A stretch of DNA of 64,000 nt from NCBI GenBank assembly GCA_963977015.1, contig CAXBMO010000012.1, positions 32,001-96,000 on the forward strand, written 5' to 3'. The stretch is from an uncultured bacterium (GTDB taxonomy: Bacteria; Verrucomicrobiota; Verrucomicrobiia; Verrucomicrobiales; DEV007). Shown piece by piece: positions 1 to 10,041 of this stretch. A model generated the notes under the pieces. It was not told where the DNA came from. It saw only the letters and a list, made by a program, of their open reading frames with translations, and did no database searches. A program made the translations under genes and the position numbers. Each line of letters opens with the position of its first letter. The stretch's first letter is position 1.

Positions 1-104
1 TCTCGTGTTCGAAAAAGTGGTTCGAAGGCTCAGGACGCGTAGCGCCTCGTTTATGACGCGGTGGGCACTCGCCTGATGGCGGGAAATCGGCTAGTAGAGT
101 TGCC

Positions 105-719
105 ATGCTTCAACTGATTGAGCTTTTGGCCGTGCTATCATCGGCGGCGTTTGGCGTGCTGTTGGCTCGCAAGAAACGACTCGACTTCGTCGGCGTGTTT
201 ACGGTGGCGTTCATCACCGCGTTTGGGGGTGGAACGTTGCGGGACGTGTTGCTCAACCGCCAGCCGCTGTTTTGGATCAAGGAGTCGCATTACCCGGTCA
301 TCGTTTTCGGGCTCGCGTTGTTTGGCGCGATTTTGCCGAGTTTCGACGGCAAGCTGCGGCGTTTCCTCTTTATTCCCGATGCCCTGGGCCTGGGTTTTTT
401 CACGATTGTCGGAACCAGCTACGCGCTCGACGCCGGAACCTCGTGGTTCATCGCATCGCTCTTTGGCGTGATGACGGGAACCTTTGGCGGCGTGGCGGGC
501 GATGTGATTTGCAACGAGATTCCCAGCCTGTTTCGCCAAACTCCCCTGTGCGCAACATGCGCCTTTGCCGGAAGCTGGGTTTACATCCTCGGTTCGATCA
601 CCACGTTTCCGGACTCCGCGATTCTGATCGTCTCGATTGCGGTCGTCGTCGTGATGCGCCTCCTCGCAATCCGCTTCAATTGGGTCCTGCCCACAACCAT
701 GCCGCCGGAGGGGGAGTGA
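105..719 (+). CDS. Trimeric intracellular cation channel (TRIC/UPF0126) family membrane protein
   Basis: Duplicated Gly-rich motifs TAFGGGTLRD and TGTFGGVAGD; about 7 hydrophobic helices. Confidence 0.9.
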   Translation: MLQLIELLAVLSSAAFGVLLARKKRLDFVGVFTVAFITAFGGGTLRDVLLNRQPLFWIKESHYPVIVFGLALFGAILPSFDGKLRRFLFIPDALGLGFFTIVGTSYALDAGTSWFIASLFGVMTGTFGGVAGDVICNEIPSLFRQTPLCATCAFAGSWVYILGSITTFPDSAILIVSIAVVVVMRLLAIRFNWVLPTTMPPEGE

Positions 720-723
720 AACG

Positions 724-1149
724 TCAGGTCGCGGGATCCTCGCTTTCGATCAGGTCCTGTAGGCTGAAGTCGTCCACACAATTCTCCATCTTCCACTGCC
801 CGTCTGAATTCAGCCGAAAGGAGGCGATCCACTTTTTGCCTTTCCATTGCTCGGGAGCGATCATGGAGAGCACGCGTTGGCCGCGGATTTCGTAGAGATG
901 GTAGGATTCGCCGACGAGCGGCTCGAACCCGAATTTGGCTTCGTAGATGAGCTTGTTCCAATTGAACTGGTCGACCAACTCGCGGTACTGTTCGTGCAGC
1001 TCCTTCAACTGTTGCTGGAATTCCTTCTGAACCCGGCTGATGCCGCGCGACTTGAAGGTGGTGAGGTCGTTGGGAAGGATCCTCGGACTCAACGTGGAGG
1101 TTGGGTAGGGGAGGAAACTCGCCGAAGGTTTGTCTGGTGGCTCTTCCAT
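724..1149 (-). CDS. DUF2452-like protein
   Basis: LPYPTSTLSP, then a coiled coil, then AKFGFEPLVGESYHLY...LSMIAPEQW...FRLNSDGQW; start chosen at MEEPP (1149). Confidence 0.75.
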   Translation of the reverse strand: MEEPPDKPSASFLPYPTSTLSPRILPNDLTTFKSRGISRVQKEFQQQLKELHEQYRELVDQFNWNKLIYEAKFGFEPLVGESYHLYEIRGQRVLSMIAPEQWKGKKWIASFRLNSDGQWKMENCVDDFSLQDLIESEDPAT

Positions 1150-1256
1150 CGCAGTGCTGGTGCAGTCTTTACGGATGCTCTTTCGAAGAAGATGAGGAAA
1201 ATCGGCGCTTTTTCGAGAGCTTCTCTGCGAAATGCGCACCAATCAATTTGGGCCGC

Positions 1257-2015
1257 TCAGAGCCCGGTCGGATGATCGATGAATTCCCACTCGACCTCGA
1301 ACTTGTTGGCGAGGTGTGCGGAAAGCGCTTTGACGCCGAAGGTCTCGGTGGCGTAGTGGCCAGCGTAGATCAGGTTGACGCCGAGCTCTTCCGCCGCGGT
1401 GTAGGTCCAATGCTGGCCCTCGCCGGTGATGAAGGTGTCGACCCCCTGGGCGGCGGCGGCGAACACTTCCGGCCCCGCGCCTCCGGTACAGACCCCGACG
1501 TTGCGCACCGTTTCCGGACCGCCGGGACAAAGATGAACTCGGGCGCCACCGACCGCGTTCTCCGTTTTGGCGACAAGGTCGGCCCGGCTGATTTCCGTTT
1601 CGAACTTCAGGCCTAACGAAATACCTTTCCATGGCAGGAAGGGCGACCCGTTGGATAAACCCAGTTCACGGCAAAGCACGGCGTTGTTGCCGACTTCGGG
1701 ATGCTCGTCGAGCGGAATGTGAGCGCTGTAAATCGCGAGATCGTGATCGAAAGCCAGTTTCAGCTTTTCATGGTTGGCGCCGCGAATTGGTTGAGCGCCG
1801 CTCCAGAACATGCCGTGATGCACGATCAAGAGATTCGCACCACGTTGGGTAGCCTCCCGGATCACGGGAAGGCAGGCATCGACCGCCGCCGCGATTTTGG
1901 TGACGTGGCCGGAGTTTTGGAGCTGAAGCCCGTTCAGCGCGTGGGGGTAGTCCGGAATTTCACCGATGCGGAGAAAGTCCTGACAATGATCGACGATCGA
2001 GTCTAAAGAAGCCAT
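1257..2015 (-). CDS. Nif3-like dinuclear metal-centre hexameric protein (YbgI/Nif3)
   Basis: NGLQ, VHHG, YSAHIPLD.HP..GNN, FITGE, AGHYATE motifs. Confidence 0.93.
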   Translation of the reverse strand: MASLDSIVDHCQDFLRIGEIPDYPHALNGLQLQNSGHVTKIAAAVDACLPVIREATQRGANLLIVHHGMFWSGAQPIRGANHEKLKLAFDHDLAIYSAHIPLDEHPEVGNNAVLCRELGLSNGSPFLPWKGISLGLKFETEISRADLVAKTENAVGGARVHLCPGGPETVRNVGVCTGGAGPEVFAAAAQGVDTFITGEGQHWTYTAAEELGVNLIYAGHYATETFGVKALSAHLANKFEVEWEFIDHPTGL

Positions 2016-2094
2016 CCAGCAAAAGAAACCCGGCGGGAGCGCTGTCAATCACCAAGACGATTGACGAGGAAGCGAACGATCGCCGCGTGGCTCG

Positions 2095-3324
2095 TCACTT
2101 GGGTTCGCCACTTACCGGCAACAGACTCTCCGGAGGATGAGGGGCGCTTTTGGCGAGAATCTGTTTCTCGGTTCCAAAATCGATGACGAGTTGGTGGATG
2201 TCCTGCGCGGAGACCTCACCCTGATAGACCGATGTGTCTTTGAGGTTCTTCTCGAGCCAATTTTGAGTCACCATGATCTGCACCGAGCCTTGTTCATCGG
2301 AGGAAACCGAGATGCCGCGATCGCGCATCACGAGCGGGGCAAATGCGGCGAAGGCGAGAAAGACGGATGCGATTCCGGCCAGGGCGATTCCGGCGGAATG
2401 GCGCTTCGTCACATGCCGGATGATTTTTGGCGTCGTCAGCTCATCAATGGAGGGCTCTCGGCGAGCTGTGACCTGTGGCTTTGGCGTGAGGTTGGAAAGG
2501 GCTGGGTCAGGGTGAAGGAAGGCCGGGCGAGGCGGAATGGGCTCACGAAGCCGGGACGCGACGACAAGACCGCCGCGAAGGGTTGGGCGTGGCTCGATTC
2601 GGTTGGAAGGTCCGGGCAGTCCCAGCATCGCGGGAAGCGACATGGCATCCGGATCGGTGTCCGAGAGCTCCTCTACGGGCTCGGAATCAGGAACACTGGC
2701 GCTGTCGAGAGGCCCGAGCTCGAATTCCGCTTGCTCAGTTTCGACGGAGCCAACCCGGATTCCGTTTGCGTCCAGCTCTGAGAAACCAGCCATGTTGTGC
2801 GCTGTTTCCCAGGCTTTCGTGGTCATGGCGACGATGATGGTCGCGCCGTGTTCTCGTGCCATTCCGTCGATGGCGTTGACCATCAGACCCAATTCGTGAG
2901 GATCCAGGTTCAGGGCTGAATCAAAAGGGGAAATCACGACGACGCGTTGGCCTTTTCGCCGCCCAAGATAGCCACGCAGAAACATCCCCCATTGTGGTGG
3001 TGCTGCGGTGGGAAGCAGCTCACTGTGCATGGCAGGAAAGACTTTCATCACGGCCTGACAAAGCTCGTCCATGCCATTTGAGCCGCTTGGTGCAACGTGA
3101 GAGAAATGCTCACAAACCTTCAGGCTTTCCAGATGAGGCAGCAATTCGTTCTCAACAAAGTCTGCGATGCCTTCCCGCGTTTTCCCAGTTAACACGATCG
3201 GGGCTTGAGTGGAGAAAAGCGACTTCTGGAGTGCGTCGAGCAATTCATCGGCCTCGAGCTCGCCCTTCTTGCGGGCAAGGGTCAGGAAGAGAGACTCAAG
3301 CGAATTGAGGGCGTGGTATTTCAT
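2095..3324 (-). CDS. Hypothetical membrane-anchored protein (possible degenerate P-loop N-domain, Pro/acidic linker, one TM)
   Basis: 409-aa ORF; TM segment GIALAGIASVFLAFAAFAPLV; AT-rich divergent intergenic region upstream. Confidence 0.7.
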   Translation of the reverse strand: MKYHALNSLESLFLTLARKKGELEADELLDALQKSLFSTQAPIVLTGKTREGIADFVENELLPHLESLKVCEHFSHVAPSGSNGMDELCQAVMKVFPAMHSELLPTAAPPQWGMFLRGYLGRRKGQRVVVISPFDSALNLDPHELGLMVNAIDGMAREHGATIIVAMTTKAWETAHNMAGFSELDANGIRVGSVETEQAEFELGPLDSASVPDSEPVEELSDTDPDAMSLPAMLGLPGPSNRIEPRPTLRGGLVVASRLREPIPPRPAFLHPDPALSNLTPKPQVTARREPSIDELTTPKIIRHVTKRHSAGIALAGIASVFLAFAAFAPLVMRDRGISVSSDEQGSVQIMVTQNWLEKNLKDTSVYQGEVSAQDIHQLVIDFGTEKQILAKSAPHPPESLLPVSGEPK

Positions 3325-3601
3325 GTTCGTTGGGAATAGCAGAAGGTTAGGTCTACAATATCGCGAATATTTTCGAAAACGACACCAAAAAATAATGAAA
3401 TCTAAGAAGTTTTGATAACAAGATTATTAACTAACTCAAAATGAACGCAAAACGAAAGATCAATTTGCATTCCTGAACGGTCCTGTTGTTAGTGGGCGCT
3501 TGTTGTTGGATTTTGGAGCTGATTTTCCCGGTTGGTTTTCCAAAGAAATTGCTCAAAAACTCGAATCAAAACCCGAAATTTTGCCGATTTGAAATTTCCC
3601 G

Positions 3602-4690
3602 ATGGAACGCGTTGCCATTAGTTCGTCCGCCTTGATGCACCTAGCCAGGTTGATCTTTGCGCTGATTTGTATGTTGGTGGGGATCTCACTGGCGGTGGGG
3701 CAAGAGCCCGCCCAGCCGTGGTGGCTCGGTTCGATCTGCGGGATCCTGTTTGCGGCTTCGGTAGTCGGGACGGAGTTGCTGCTTCAGGATCTGAGTTTTC
3801 GCCGGTTTTCTCACGCGACCGTTGGCTTGTTGGTCGGGTTGCTCGGTGCGTGGTTGATCACCCAGGTTTTTAAAACCAAAGGGCTGATCGGTCGCAGCGA
3901 AGTCCAGACCATCGTGGAACTCATGCTCTACTTCGGGTTCGGGTTCATGGGAATGATGCTGGCGTTGCGCGCCAACAAGGAAGAATTTTCGCTGCTGATC
4001 CCTTATGTCCGGTTTCGTCAGGAATCCGTGAGTGAGCAACCTCTGCTGGTCGACACCAACGCCATCATTGATGGCCGCATCCCAAAAATCTGCGCGACCG
4101 GGTTTCTTGGCGGATCGCTGATCGTTCCGAAGTTCGTGATCGATGAACTCCACAAACTGGCGGACGGAAAGGACGAGGTAAAGTCGGCCCGGGGCAAGCG
4201 CGGTTTGGAATCACTCAATCAAATGCGGCAATCGCCCAGTCTCGAAATCACGATTCATGAAGACGTGCCTACCGACGAAACCATGGTCGATGCCCAGCTC
4301 GTGGCGCTGGCGCGAATGTTGGGCGCGCGATTGCTGACCAACGACGTGAACCTCGGCAAAGTCGCCAAGGTTCAGGGGGTCGGCGTCCTCAATCTCAATG
4401 ATCTGGCAAAGGCGATGCGGCCGATGGTCGCTCCGGGAGATGAAATCAATCTCAGCCTCACCAAGGAAGGCAAAGATCCTCACCAAGCCGTTGGCTACCT
4501 TCCGGACGGCACCATGATTGTCGTGAATCATGCGGTGGAGAAGATCGGCACGAATCAGGATGTGATTGTGGCCGGTGCCGTTCAGACCAGTGCTGGCCGC
4601 CTCATTTTCGCGGAACTCAAGGGCTCGACCCGGAGCGAGCAACTGCTCGAACGAGGACTCGATACCGACCCGGAGATTCACGCTCCTTAG
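3602..4690 (+). CDS. PIN/TRAM domain membrane protein (YacL-like)
   Basis: 4 N-terminal TMs; PIN motifs VDTNAIIDGR and LLTND; TRAM motif GKDPHQAVGYLPDGTMIVV...QTSAGRLIF. Confidence 0.92.
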   Translation: MERVAISSSALMHLARLIFALICMLVGISLAVGQEPAQPWWLGSICGILFAASVVGTELLLQDLSFRRFSHATVGLLVGLLGAWLITQVFKTKGLIGRSEVQTIVELMLYFGFGFMGMMLALRANKEEFSLLIPYVRFRQESVSEQPLLVDTNAIIDGRIPKICATGFLGGSLIVPKFVIDELHKLADGKDEVKSARGKRGLESLNQMRQSPSLEITIHEDVPTDETMVDAQLVALARMLGARLLTNDVNLGKVAKVQGVGVLNLNDLAKAMRPMVAPGDEINLSLTKEGKDPHQAVGYLPDGTMIVVNHAVEKIGTNQDVIVAGAVQTSAGRLIFAELKGSTRSEQLLERGLDTDPEIHAP

Positions 4691-5809
4691 TTAAAGCGTT
4701 TCGAGAAATCGCTCGAAATAGCGCGCGCCGGCCTCAAGATCTTCAACCGTGATCCATTCGTCCTTGGTATGGGCCTGGTCGATGGAGCCGGGACCGATGG
4801 CGATGCTGGGAATCCCCGCTTCCGCCAACCAGCCGCCGTCGCAAAACCACGGCGCGTCGACGAGCTTGGAGCCGCAGGACTGCAGCTTTTTCACGTAGGG
4901 ATTTTCAGGATCGGTTCGCAACGTGGGACTTTTCCCAACCACCTTGATCTCGACTTCCGGGAAGCCGGAACGATCCAGGAACTCACGCATGGTTTCCACG
5001 ACGCCGCGTTGGTAGAGGCTGGGCGTGGCGCGAATGTCGATCGTCGCGGTGCAGGAATCGGGAACAATGTTCGCCCGGGTCCCGCCATGAAACATGTTGG
5101 CGCTGACGGTCGGCAAGCCGAGCACGTCGTCCGCGAATTCAGCGAGGCTGGGCCGGAACCCGGTTTCGATCGCCTGGAGAACGTGGGCCATCTTGATCAC
5201 CGCATTGTCGCCAAGTTCGGGGCGCGAGCTGTGCGCCGCTTTTCCTCGGGTTGCCAGTTCCAGCCACCAGCAGGCTTTGTGCGCGTAAACGACATCGAGC
5301 TTGGTCGGTTCCCCAACGACCGCGAAGTCGACTTCGTCGCCGTAGCGTTTCCCAAAGTCCCGGGAACCGTATTGCGAGCTTTCCTCACTCATGAAACCGA
5401 CAAAGAGAATCCGGGTTCCCAACTTGGGGAGTTGGTCGCGTTTTTCGTGCAATGCCCAGAGCATCGCCGCCATGCTGCCCTTGGTGTCGCTCGCGCCGCG
5501 TCCCCAGATTTTGCCGTCGCGAAATTTAGCTCCAAAGGGATCAATCGTCATCCCGGCGATTCCCACCGTATCGAGATGAGGGCCGAACAGCAGAGTCTCC
5601 GTGGCGTCGGAATCGCACGGAAAACGGCCAATCACGTTAGCGCGATCGGGCAGCACTTCGTCAAACGTCACTTCGGCACCACAGCTTCGTAAAAATTCGC
5701 CAACGAACTCGCCGCAGGCTTTCTCCCCGGTCTGGTCGGTCCCCGGTTCGCCATCCGGGTTGACGCTGGGAATCGCGATGAGGTCGCGGAGAAGTTGGGT
5801 GGCACTCAT
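4691..5809 (-). CDS. M20 family deacylase (ArgE/DapE-like)
   Basis: HLDTV, GRGASDTKG, EE, GEPT and AHTKDE metal-binding motifs. Confidence 0.9.
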   Translation of the reverse strand: MSATQLLRDLIAIPSVNPDGEPGTDQTGEKACGEFVGEFLRSCGAEVTFDEVLPDRANVIGRFPCDSDATETLLFGPHLDTVGIAGMTIDPFGAKFRDGKIWGRGASDTKGSMAAMLWALHEKRDQLPKLGTRILFVGFMSEESSQYGSRDFGKRYGDEVDFAVVGEPTKLDVVYAHKACWWLELATRGKAAHSSRPELGDNAVIKMAHVLQAIETGFRPSLAEFADDVLGLPTVSANMFHGGTRANIVPDSCTATIDIRATPSLYQRGVVETMREFLDRSGFPEVEIKVVGKSPTLRTDPENPYVKKLQSCGSKLVDAPWFCDGGWLAEAGIPSIAIGPGSIDQAHTKDEWITVEDLEAGARYFERFLETL

Positions 5810-5857
5810 GGAGGAGAATTGGAGTTACGTGCGTTGACGTGGAGCGGTCAATTGACG

Positions 5858-6916
5858 TTAGGGTGTTTCAGCGAGGCCTTCTTCCTTGAGCCGAAGCTGA
5901 CCGCAGGCGGCGTCAATGTCGTGACCTTTCTCGCGGCGCAGGGTTGCCTGGGCTCCGTTTCTCTTCAAGACGCCGAGAAAGGCATCCTGATGCGGCTCGG
6001 ACGGTCGTTTCCACGGCAGGCCATCAACCGTGTTGTAGGGAATGAGGTTGACCTTGGCATGTAGCGACTTGGCGCGCTTGGCGAGCAACTCGGCTTGATC
6101 CAGCCCGTCGTTCACCCCTTCAATCAGGATGTATTCGAACGTGATTTTCTGTTTCTTGCGTTCTGCGTAATAGTGAAGGGCTTCGAAGAGGCGCTCGAGC
6201 GGATACTTGCGATTCACCGGCATGATCTGTTCCCGCACCTCGTCCGATGCGCCGTGCAAACTGATCGCGAGCCGGATTTGGAGAGGCTGATCGGCAAATT
6301 TCTTGATTTGAGGCGCCAGGCCCGAAGTCGAGACCGTCATGTGGCGAGCACCGATCCCGATGCCCCACGGAGAGTTGAGAATCTCGATCGCCTTGCTGAG
6401 ATTGGTAAAGTTAGCGAGCGGTTCGCCCATGCCCATGAAGACGATGTTGTCGACGCGTTGGCCGGAGGCGGCTTCGGCCTGCATCACCTGTTCGACGATT
6501 TCGCCCGGTTCCAGATTCCGGGCAAACCCGGCCAACCCGCTCGCGCAGAATTTGCAATCGTAGGCGCAGCCAACCTGGCTGGAAACGCAGAGCGTGTGCC
6601 GGTCCGACGGTTGTCCATAGAGCGAGGGATTTGCCGGAATCAGCACGGATTCGACAAACCGGCCGTCATGGAGTTTGAAGAGATACTTGCGTGTCGTGTC
6701 TTCCGAACCCTGCTGTCGGGCGAGAGCCATGGTGCGAAGTTCGAACTTCGCGGCCAGTTTTTCGCGCAACCCCAGCCCCAGATTCGTCATTTCCTCAAAC
6801 GAGGTGACGCGCTTCTCGTAGACCCATTGTGCAAGTTGCTTGGCACGAAAAGTCGGCTCGCCCATTTCGGTAAGGGCGGCTTCCAGATCGCTGAGACTCA
6901 GGTTCGTGATCGACAT
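5858..6916 (-). CDS. rlmN: 23S rRNA m2A2503/tRNA radical SAM methyltransferase RlmN
   Basis: CxxxCxxC (GCAYDCKFC), MGMGEP, AACGQL; start chosen at MSITN. Confidence 0.95.
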   Translation of the reverse strand: MSITNLSLSDLEAALTEMGEPTFRAKQLAQWVYEKRVTSFEEMTNLGLGLREKLAAKFELRTMALARQQGSEDTTRKYLFKLHDGRFVESVLIPANPSLYGQPSDRHTLCVSSQVGCAYDCKFCASGLAGFARNLEPGEIVEQVMQAEAASGQRVDNIVFMGMGEPLANFTNLSKAIEILNSPWGIGIGARHMTVSTSGLAPQIKKFADQPLQIRLAISLHGASDEVREQIMPVNRKYPLERLFEALHYYAERKKQKITFEYILIEGVNDGLDQAELLAKRAKSLHAKVNLIPYNTVDGLPWKRPSEPHQDAFLGVLKRNGAQATLRREKGHDIDAACGQLRLKEEGLAETP

Positions 6917-6969
6917 TGGGATTCGAAACTCGAAATTCGGGAAACGCACCCTAATCTACTCGACCCATC

Positions 6970-7743
6970 ATGCAAACTCGCCGCTTCAAACTCACGATTG
7001 CCTACGACGGCCGCCCTTTCGAGGGGTGGCAGAGTCAGCCGAGCGGAAACACGGTGCAGGATCACCTGCTGAAGGCGGCGCGCGGGATTCATGCGGGCGT
7101 TTCCACGTTTCATGGTTCCGGACGAACCGACGCCGGAGTTCACGCCGAAGCGCAGATCGCTCATTTTGATGTGCCGGACGATTCGTCGATGGACGAAACC
7201 GCCTGGCTCCGCGCGTTGAACACGAAATTACCACCGACGATTCGAGTGATGCAGAGTCGCGAAGTGGATCGCGATTTTCACGCCCAGTTTGATGCGGCGG
7301 GCAAAACGTATCGGTATGAGTTGTTCACCGGGCCGGTTTTGCCTCCGCTTCTCGCGGGACTGTCCTGGCATGTTCGCAAAACGGTCGATTGGCCACGCCT
7401 GGTCGAGGCGGCGAATCTCTTTGCGGGCGAACACGATTTTGCGGCGTTTGCTGCGAACCGGGGTGACCCGAACTCAAATCCCGACAACACGCGGCGAACC
7501 ATCTACGAGATCGGGCAGGAACAGGATTCGGACGTCATTCGCCTGACGCTTCACGGCAGTGGCTTCCTCTATAAGATGGTGCGCCTCATCGTTGGTGGTG
7601 TGGTGCGGTGTGCGCAAGGCTCCCTTGAGCTCGAAGAATTGCAGCGCCTCCTTAATCAGCCGGAGTGCGGGGAAAAGTCGCCGTTGGCCGCCCCGCCGGA
7701 TGGCCTTTGCCTCGTGCGGGTCGATTACCCGCAAAGTTCCTGA
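6970..7743 (+). CDS. truA: tRNA pseudouridine(38-40) synthase
   Basis: AYDG..F.GWQ, GRTDAGVHA, GFLYKMVR, APPDGL motifs. Confidence 0.96.
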   Translation: MQTRRFKLTIAYDGRPFEGWQSQPSGNTVQDHLLKAARGIHAGVSTFHGSGRTDAGVHAEAQIAHFDVPDDSSMDETAWLRALNTKLPPTIRVMQSREVDRDFHAQFDAAGKTYRYELFTGPVLPPLLAGLSWHVRKTVDWPRLVEAANLFAGEHDFAAFAANRGDPNSNPDNTRRTIYEIGQEQDSDVIRLTLHGSGFLYKMVRLIVGGVVRCAQGSLELEELQRLLNQPECGEKSPLAAPPDGLCLVRVDYPQSS

Positions 7744-7744
7744 A

Positions 7745-8482
7745 TCACAGGACTTCGCCGCGAGGTTTGCTCGCTTCCCCGGTCTCGGTTTCTTCGCGCG
7801 GTTTCCCTTCGGGACGCCGCCCTTCGCGGTGATCGTCGCGATCTCCTTCCATGCGAGGGCGTCTTGGTTCTCCGTGTTCATCCCGGCGTCCTTCGGCGCG
7901 TTCCCGTTCCTCATGGCGGCGTCGCTCGTCTTCGGCGCGCTCGCGTGCTTCGGCCAATTCCCGTTGCACGCGTTCCAGCGCTTCGTGAATTCCCTGTTGA
8001 GCACGCTCCATGTGGTGGTCCAGATCGTCGGCGTGGAAACCGCGGCCATCGCCGAATCGAAAGAGAGGGCGCATTTCGCAGACTTCCCGCTCGCCGAGTT
8101 TCACGGAGGCGGTCTGCTCGGTTCCACGGCGCATGAAGGTCACATTCACATTGGCGCCAATGCCGGCGTTGCGAACGAGGACGGCGAGCTGATCCTGATT
8201 AACCAGGATCTGGTCGTCGATCTTGGTAAGGATGTCGTGGGTTTGCAGCATTTTCGCCGCCGGGCTGTCTGCGTGGACGTGATGGACGATCAGCCCGACT
8301 CCACGATTGATGCCGAGTTGAGCCCGCAGGCTTTCGTGAACGGGGCCGGTTGCGATTCCGAGGAACGCCTCTTTCTCCGGCTCATGATCCGATTCGTGAA
8401 GATGGGGACGGCCTCCCTCCTGGGCAAAGCTCACGCCGGAGGCGAAGATGAGGCAGGCGAGAACAAATGGGGTTTTGGTCAT
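7745..8482 (-). CDS. Exported PDZ-domain protein with a charged low-complexity tail and no protease domain
   Basis: Signal peptide MTKTPFVLACLIFASGVSFA; PDZ motif AFLGI...GLIVHHVHADSPAA..LQTHDILTKID; E/R/G-rich C-terminus. Confidence 0.8.
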   Translation of the reverse strand: MTKTPFVLACLIFASGVSFAQEGGRPHLHESDHEPEKEAFLGIATGPVHESLRAQLGINRGVGLIVHHVHADSPAAKMLQTHDILTKIDDQILVNQDQLAVLVRNAGIGANVNVTFMRRGTEQTASVKLGEREVCEMRPLFRFGDGRGFHADDLDHHMERAQQGIHEALERVQRELAEARERAEDERRRHEERERAEGRRDEHGEPRRPRMEGDRDDHREGRRPEGKPREETETGEASKPRGEVL

Positions 8483-8514
8483 GCTGATTCTGGTTTTGGG
8501 GTTTGGAAAACAGT

Positions 8515-9060
8515 CTAGTCGTGGCGAACGGGCACGTAGACGACGCGTTCGACGGGCACCGCATTCTTGTTGGAGCCGTTGCGATCGAGAACCTTGATCC
8601 GGATCTTCCACATCGGGCGACCGTGATCGTCCTCGACGATTCCGTCGTTTTCCTGACTTACGAGCACCTGATTCTTGAGCGTGAACGGTGAGGGATCGAC
8701 CCGGGGCGGGTTGCCCCAGATAATCAGCTCATCATCGGGGTCGCCAATCAGGCTGGCCATCGCCGGTTCGGACTCATCCGGTGAAAAGAAAAATTTGGCG
8801 GCAAACAATCCGACGACCAGTGCGGCGGCAGCGGCGACAAAGCCGGGTTTCCTCCAGAAGGGCACTTCGACCACGTTTTTGCGCGCAGTCGCCTCACTCA
8901 TCCGGGGCAACTCGGGAGGGGCCGGCGCGGAATCCAATTCCGACGCCGCCTGTCGAATGCGATCCTTCAAGCTGCTGGATGGAGCCAGCGGAGCCATGGA
9001 TCGCAACTCAAGCTCGAGAGCAGCCTCTGGGGGATCTAAAGGGGGGATATCTGCGTTCAT
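8515..9060 (-). CDS. Putative anti-sigma factor (single TM)
   Basis: Overlaps the ECF sigma stop by 4 bp; N-terminal LELELRSMAPLAPSSSLKDRI; TM AAAAALVVGLF. Confidence 0.7.
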   Translation of the reverse strand: MNADIPPLDPPEAALELELRSMAPLAPSSSLKDRIRQAASELDSAPAPPELPRMSEATARKNVVEVPFWRKPGFVAAAAALVVGLFAAKFFFSPDESEPAMASLIGDPDDELIIWGNPPRVDPSPFTLKNQVLVSQENDGIVEDDHGRPMWKIRIKVLDRNGSNKNAVPVERVVYVPVRHD

Positions 9061-9596
9061 GCGGTCAATTCTTGAGCATCCAGCAGTTCGCCAAGTTTCT
9101 TCAGGGCGTAACGGTAACGGCTGGCTGCAGTATTAATGGAAATGCCGAGGGCTTCGCCGATTTCGCGAAATCCCAGTTCGCCCCAAACCCGCAGTTTCAG
9201 CACCTCGCGTTGATCTTCCGGCAACTGCTGGAGCGAACGTTCAATCGCTTCCTTGCGCTCCTGAGTCTCAAGGCGGTCTTCAAAGTAGCTGATGGGTTCG
9301 TGGTCCATGGTGCTGGTTTCCTCACGCTTTTGGCGACGTTCGCTACTGCGAATGCGGTCCAGAGCGGCCCACTTTACCGCCTGGTAAAGAATGGGAACCG
9401 GGTTTTCGTCGAATTGCTTCGGCGACTTGATCAGGCGGATAAACGCGTCTTGAACGGTGTCTTCCGCATCGGACATGCTGGGGAGCCACTGTCGTGCATA
9501 GAGCACCAGCGCCTTCGCATGCTTGTCGTAGAGTTGTTCCCAATCTAAATCCAAGGGTGGAGTAGGGTCGGTATTTGCAGGTATATCGTCTTCCAT
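9057..9596 (-). CDS. ECF RNA polymerase sigma factor
   Basis: Region 2 DAEDTVQDAFIRL; region 4 LPEDQREVL...FREIGEALGISINTAASRYRYA. Confidence 0.93.
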   Translation of the reverse strand: MEDDIPANTDPTPPLDLDWEQLYDKHAKALVLYARQWLPSMSDAEDTVQDAFIRLIKSPKQFDENPVPILYQAVKWAALDRIRSSERRQKREETSTMDHEPISYFEDRLETQERKEAIERSLQQLPEDQREVLKLRVWGELGFREIGEALGISINTAASRYRYALKKLGELLDAQELTA

Positions 9597-9805
9597 GGCC
9601 GCGTTTGTTTAGACGATGGTAAAAAAATGGATTGAGTTTGAAATCGTACAAACTTTTCCGCCCTGGCGATAACCCAATTTGCCCCAAAAAGCGCCGCTTT
9701 TTGCCTCAATCCGGGGAAAGATCGTCCCCGGCACTCCCAAACCAAAAAATCCGCCCCATGCCGACTCCAGGCGCCGTGAGGCTCAAGGAGAAGGTAGGGG
9801 AAGGA

Positions 9806-9837
9806 AATGCCCTGTGCGCGGACGCGCAAAGAGCATT
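9806..9837 (-). terminator. Hairpin downstream of the cold-shock gene
   Basis: AATGCCCTGTGCGC-GGAC-GCGCAAAGAGCATT imperfect stem just past the csp stop, followed by TCCTT on the minus strand. Confidence 0.45.
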
Positions 9838-9843
9838 CGCAAC

Positions 9844-10041
9844 TTAGACAGGTTTTACGTTCTCGGCGCGAGGTCCCTTAGGGCCGCTGCCTTCTGTAAA
9901 TTCCACGGACTGACCTTCTTGCAGATCGTCGAAACTGGCTCCATCAACTGATGATTGATGGAAGAACAAATCTCCCTTGCCGCTGTCAATGAATCCGAAG
10001 CCTTTGTCATAGATGAGCTTCTTGATTGTTCCTTGTGCCAT
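9844..10041 (-). CDS. Cold-shock protein (CSD)
   Basis: RNP1 KGFGFI, RNP2 LFFH, KGPRAENV. Confidence 0.95.
   Translation of the reverse strand: MAQGTIKKLIYDKGFGFIDSGKGDLFFHQSSVDGASFDDLQEGQSVEFTEGSGPKGPRAENVKPV

Noticed and set aside
6917-6969. Heptamer-like repeats (ATTCGAA ACTCGAA ATTCGGG) in the short rlmN-truA divergent gap
   Set aside because: Only about three degenerate units; too short to interpret
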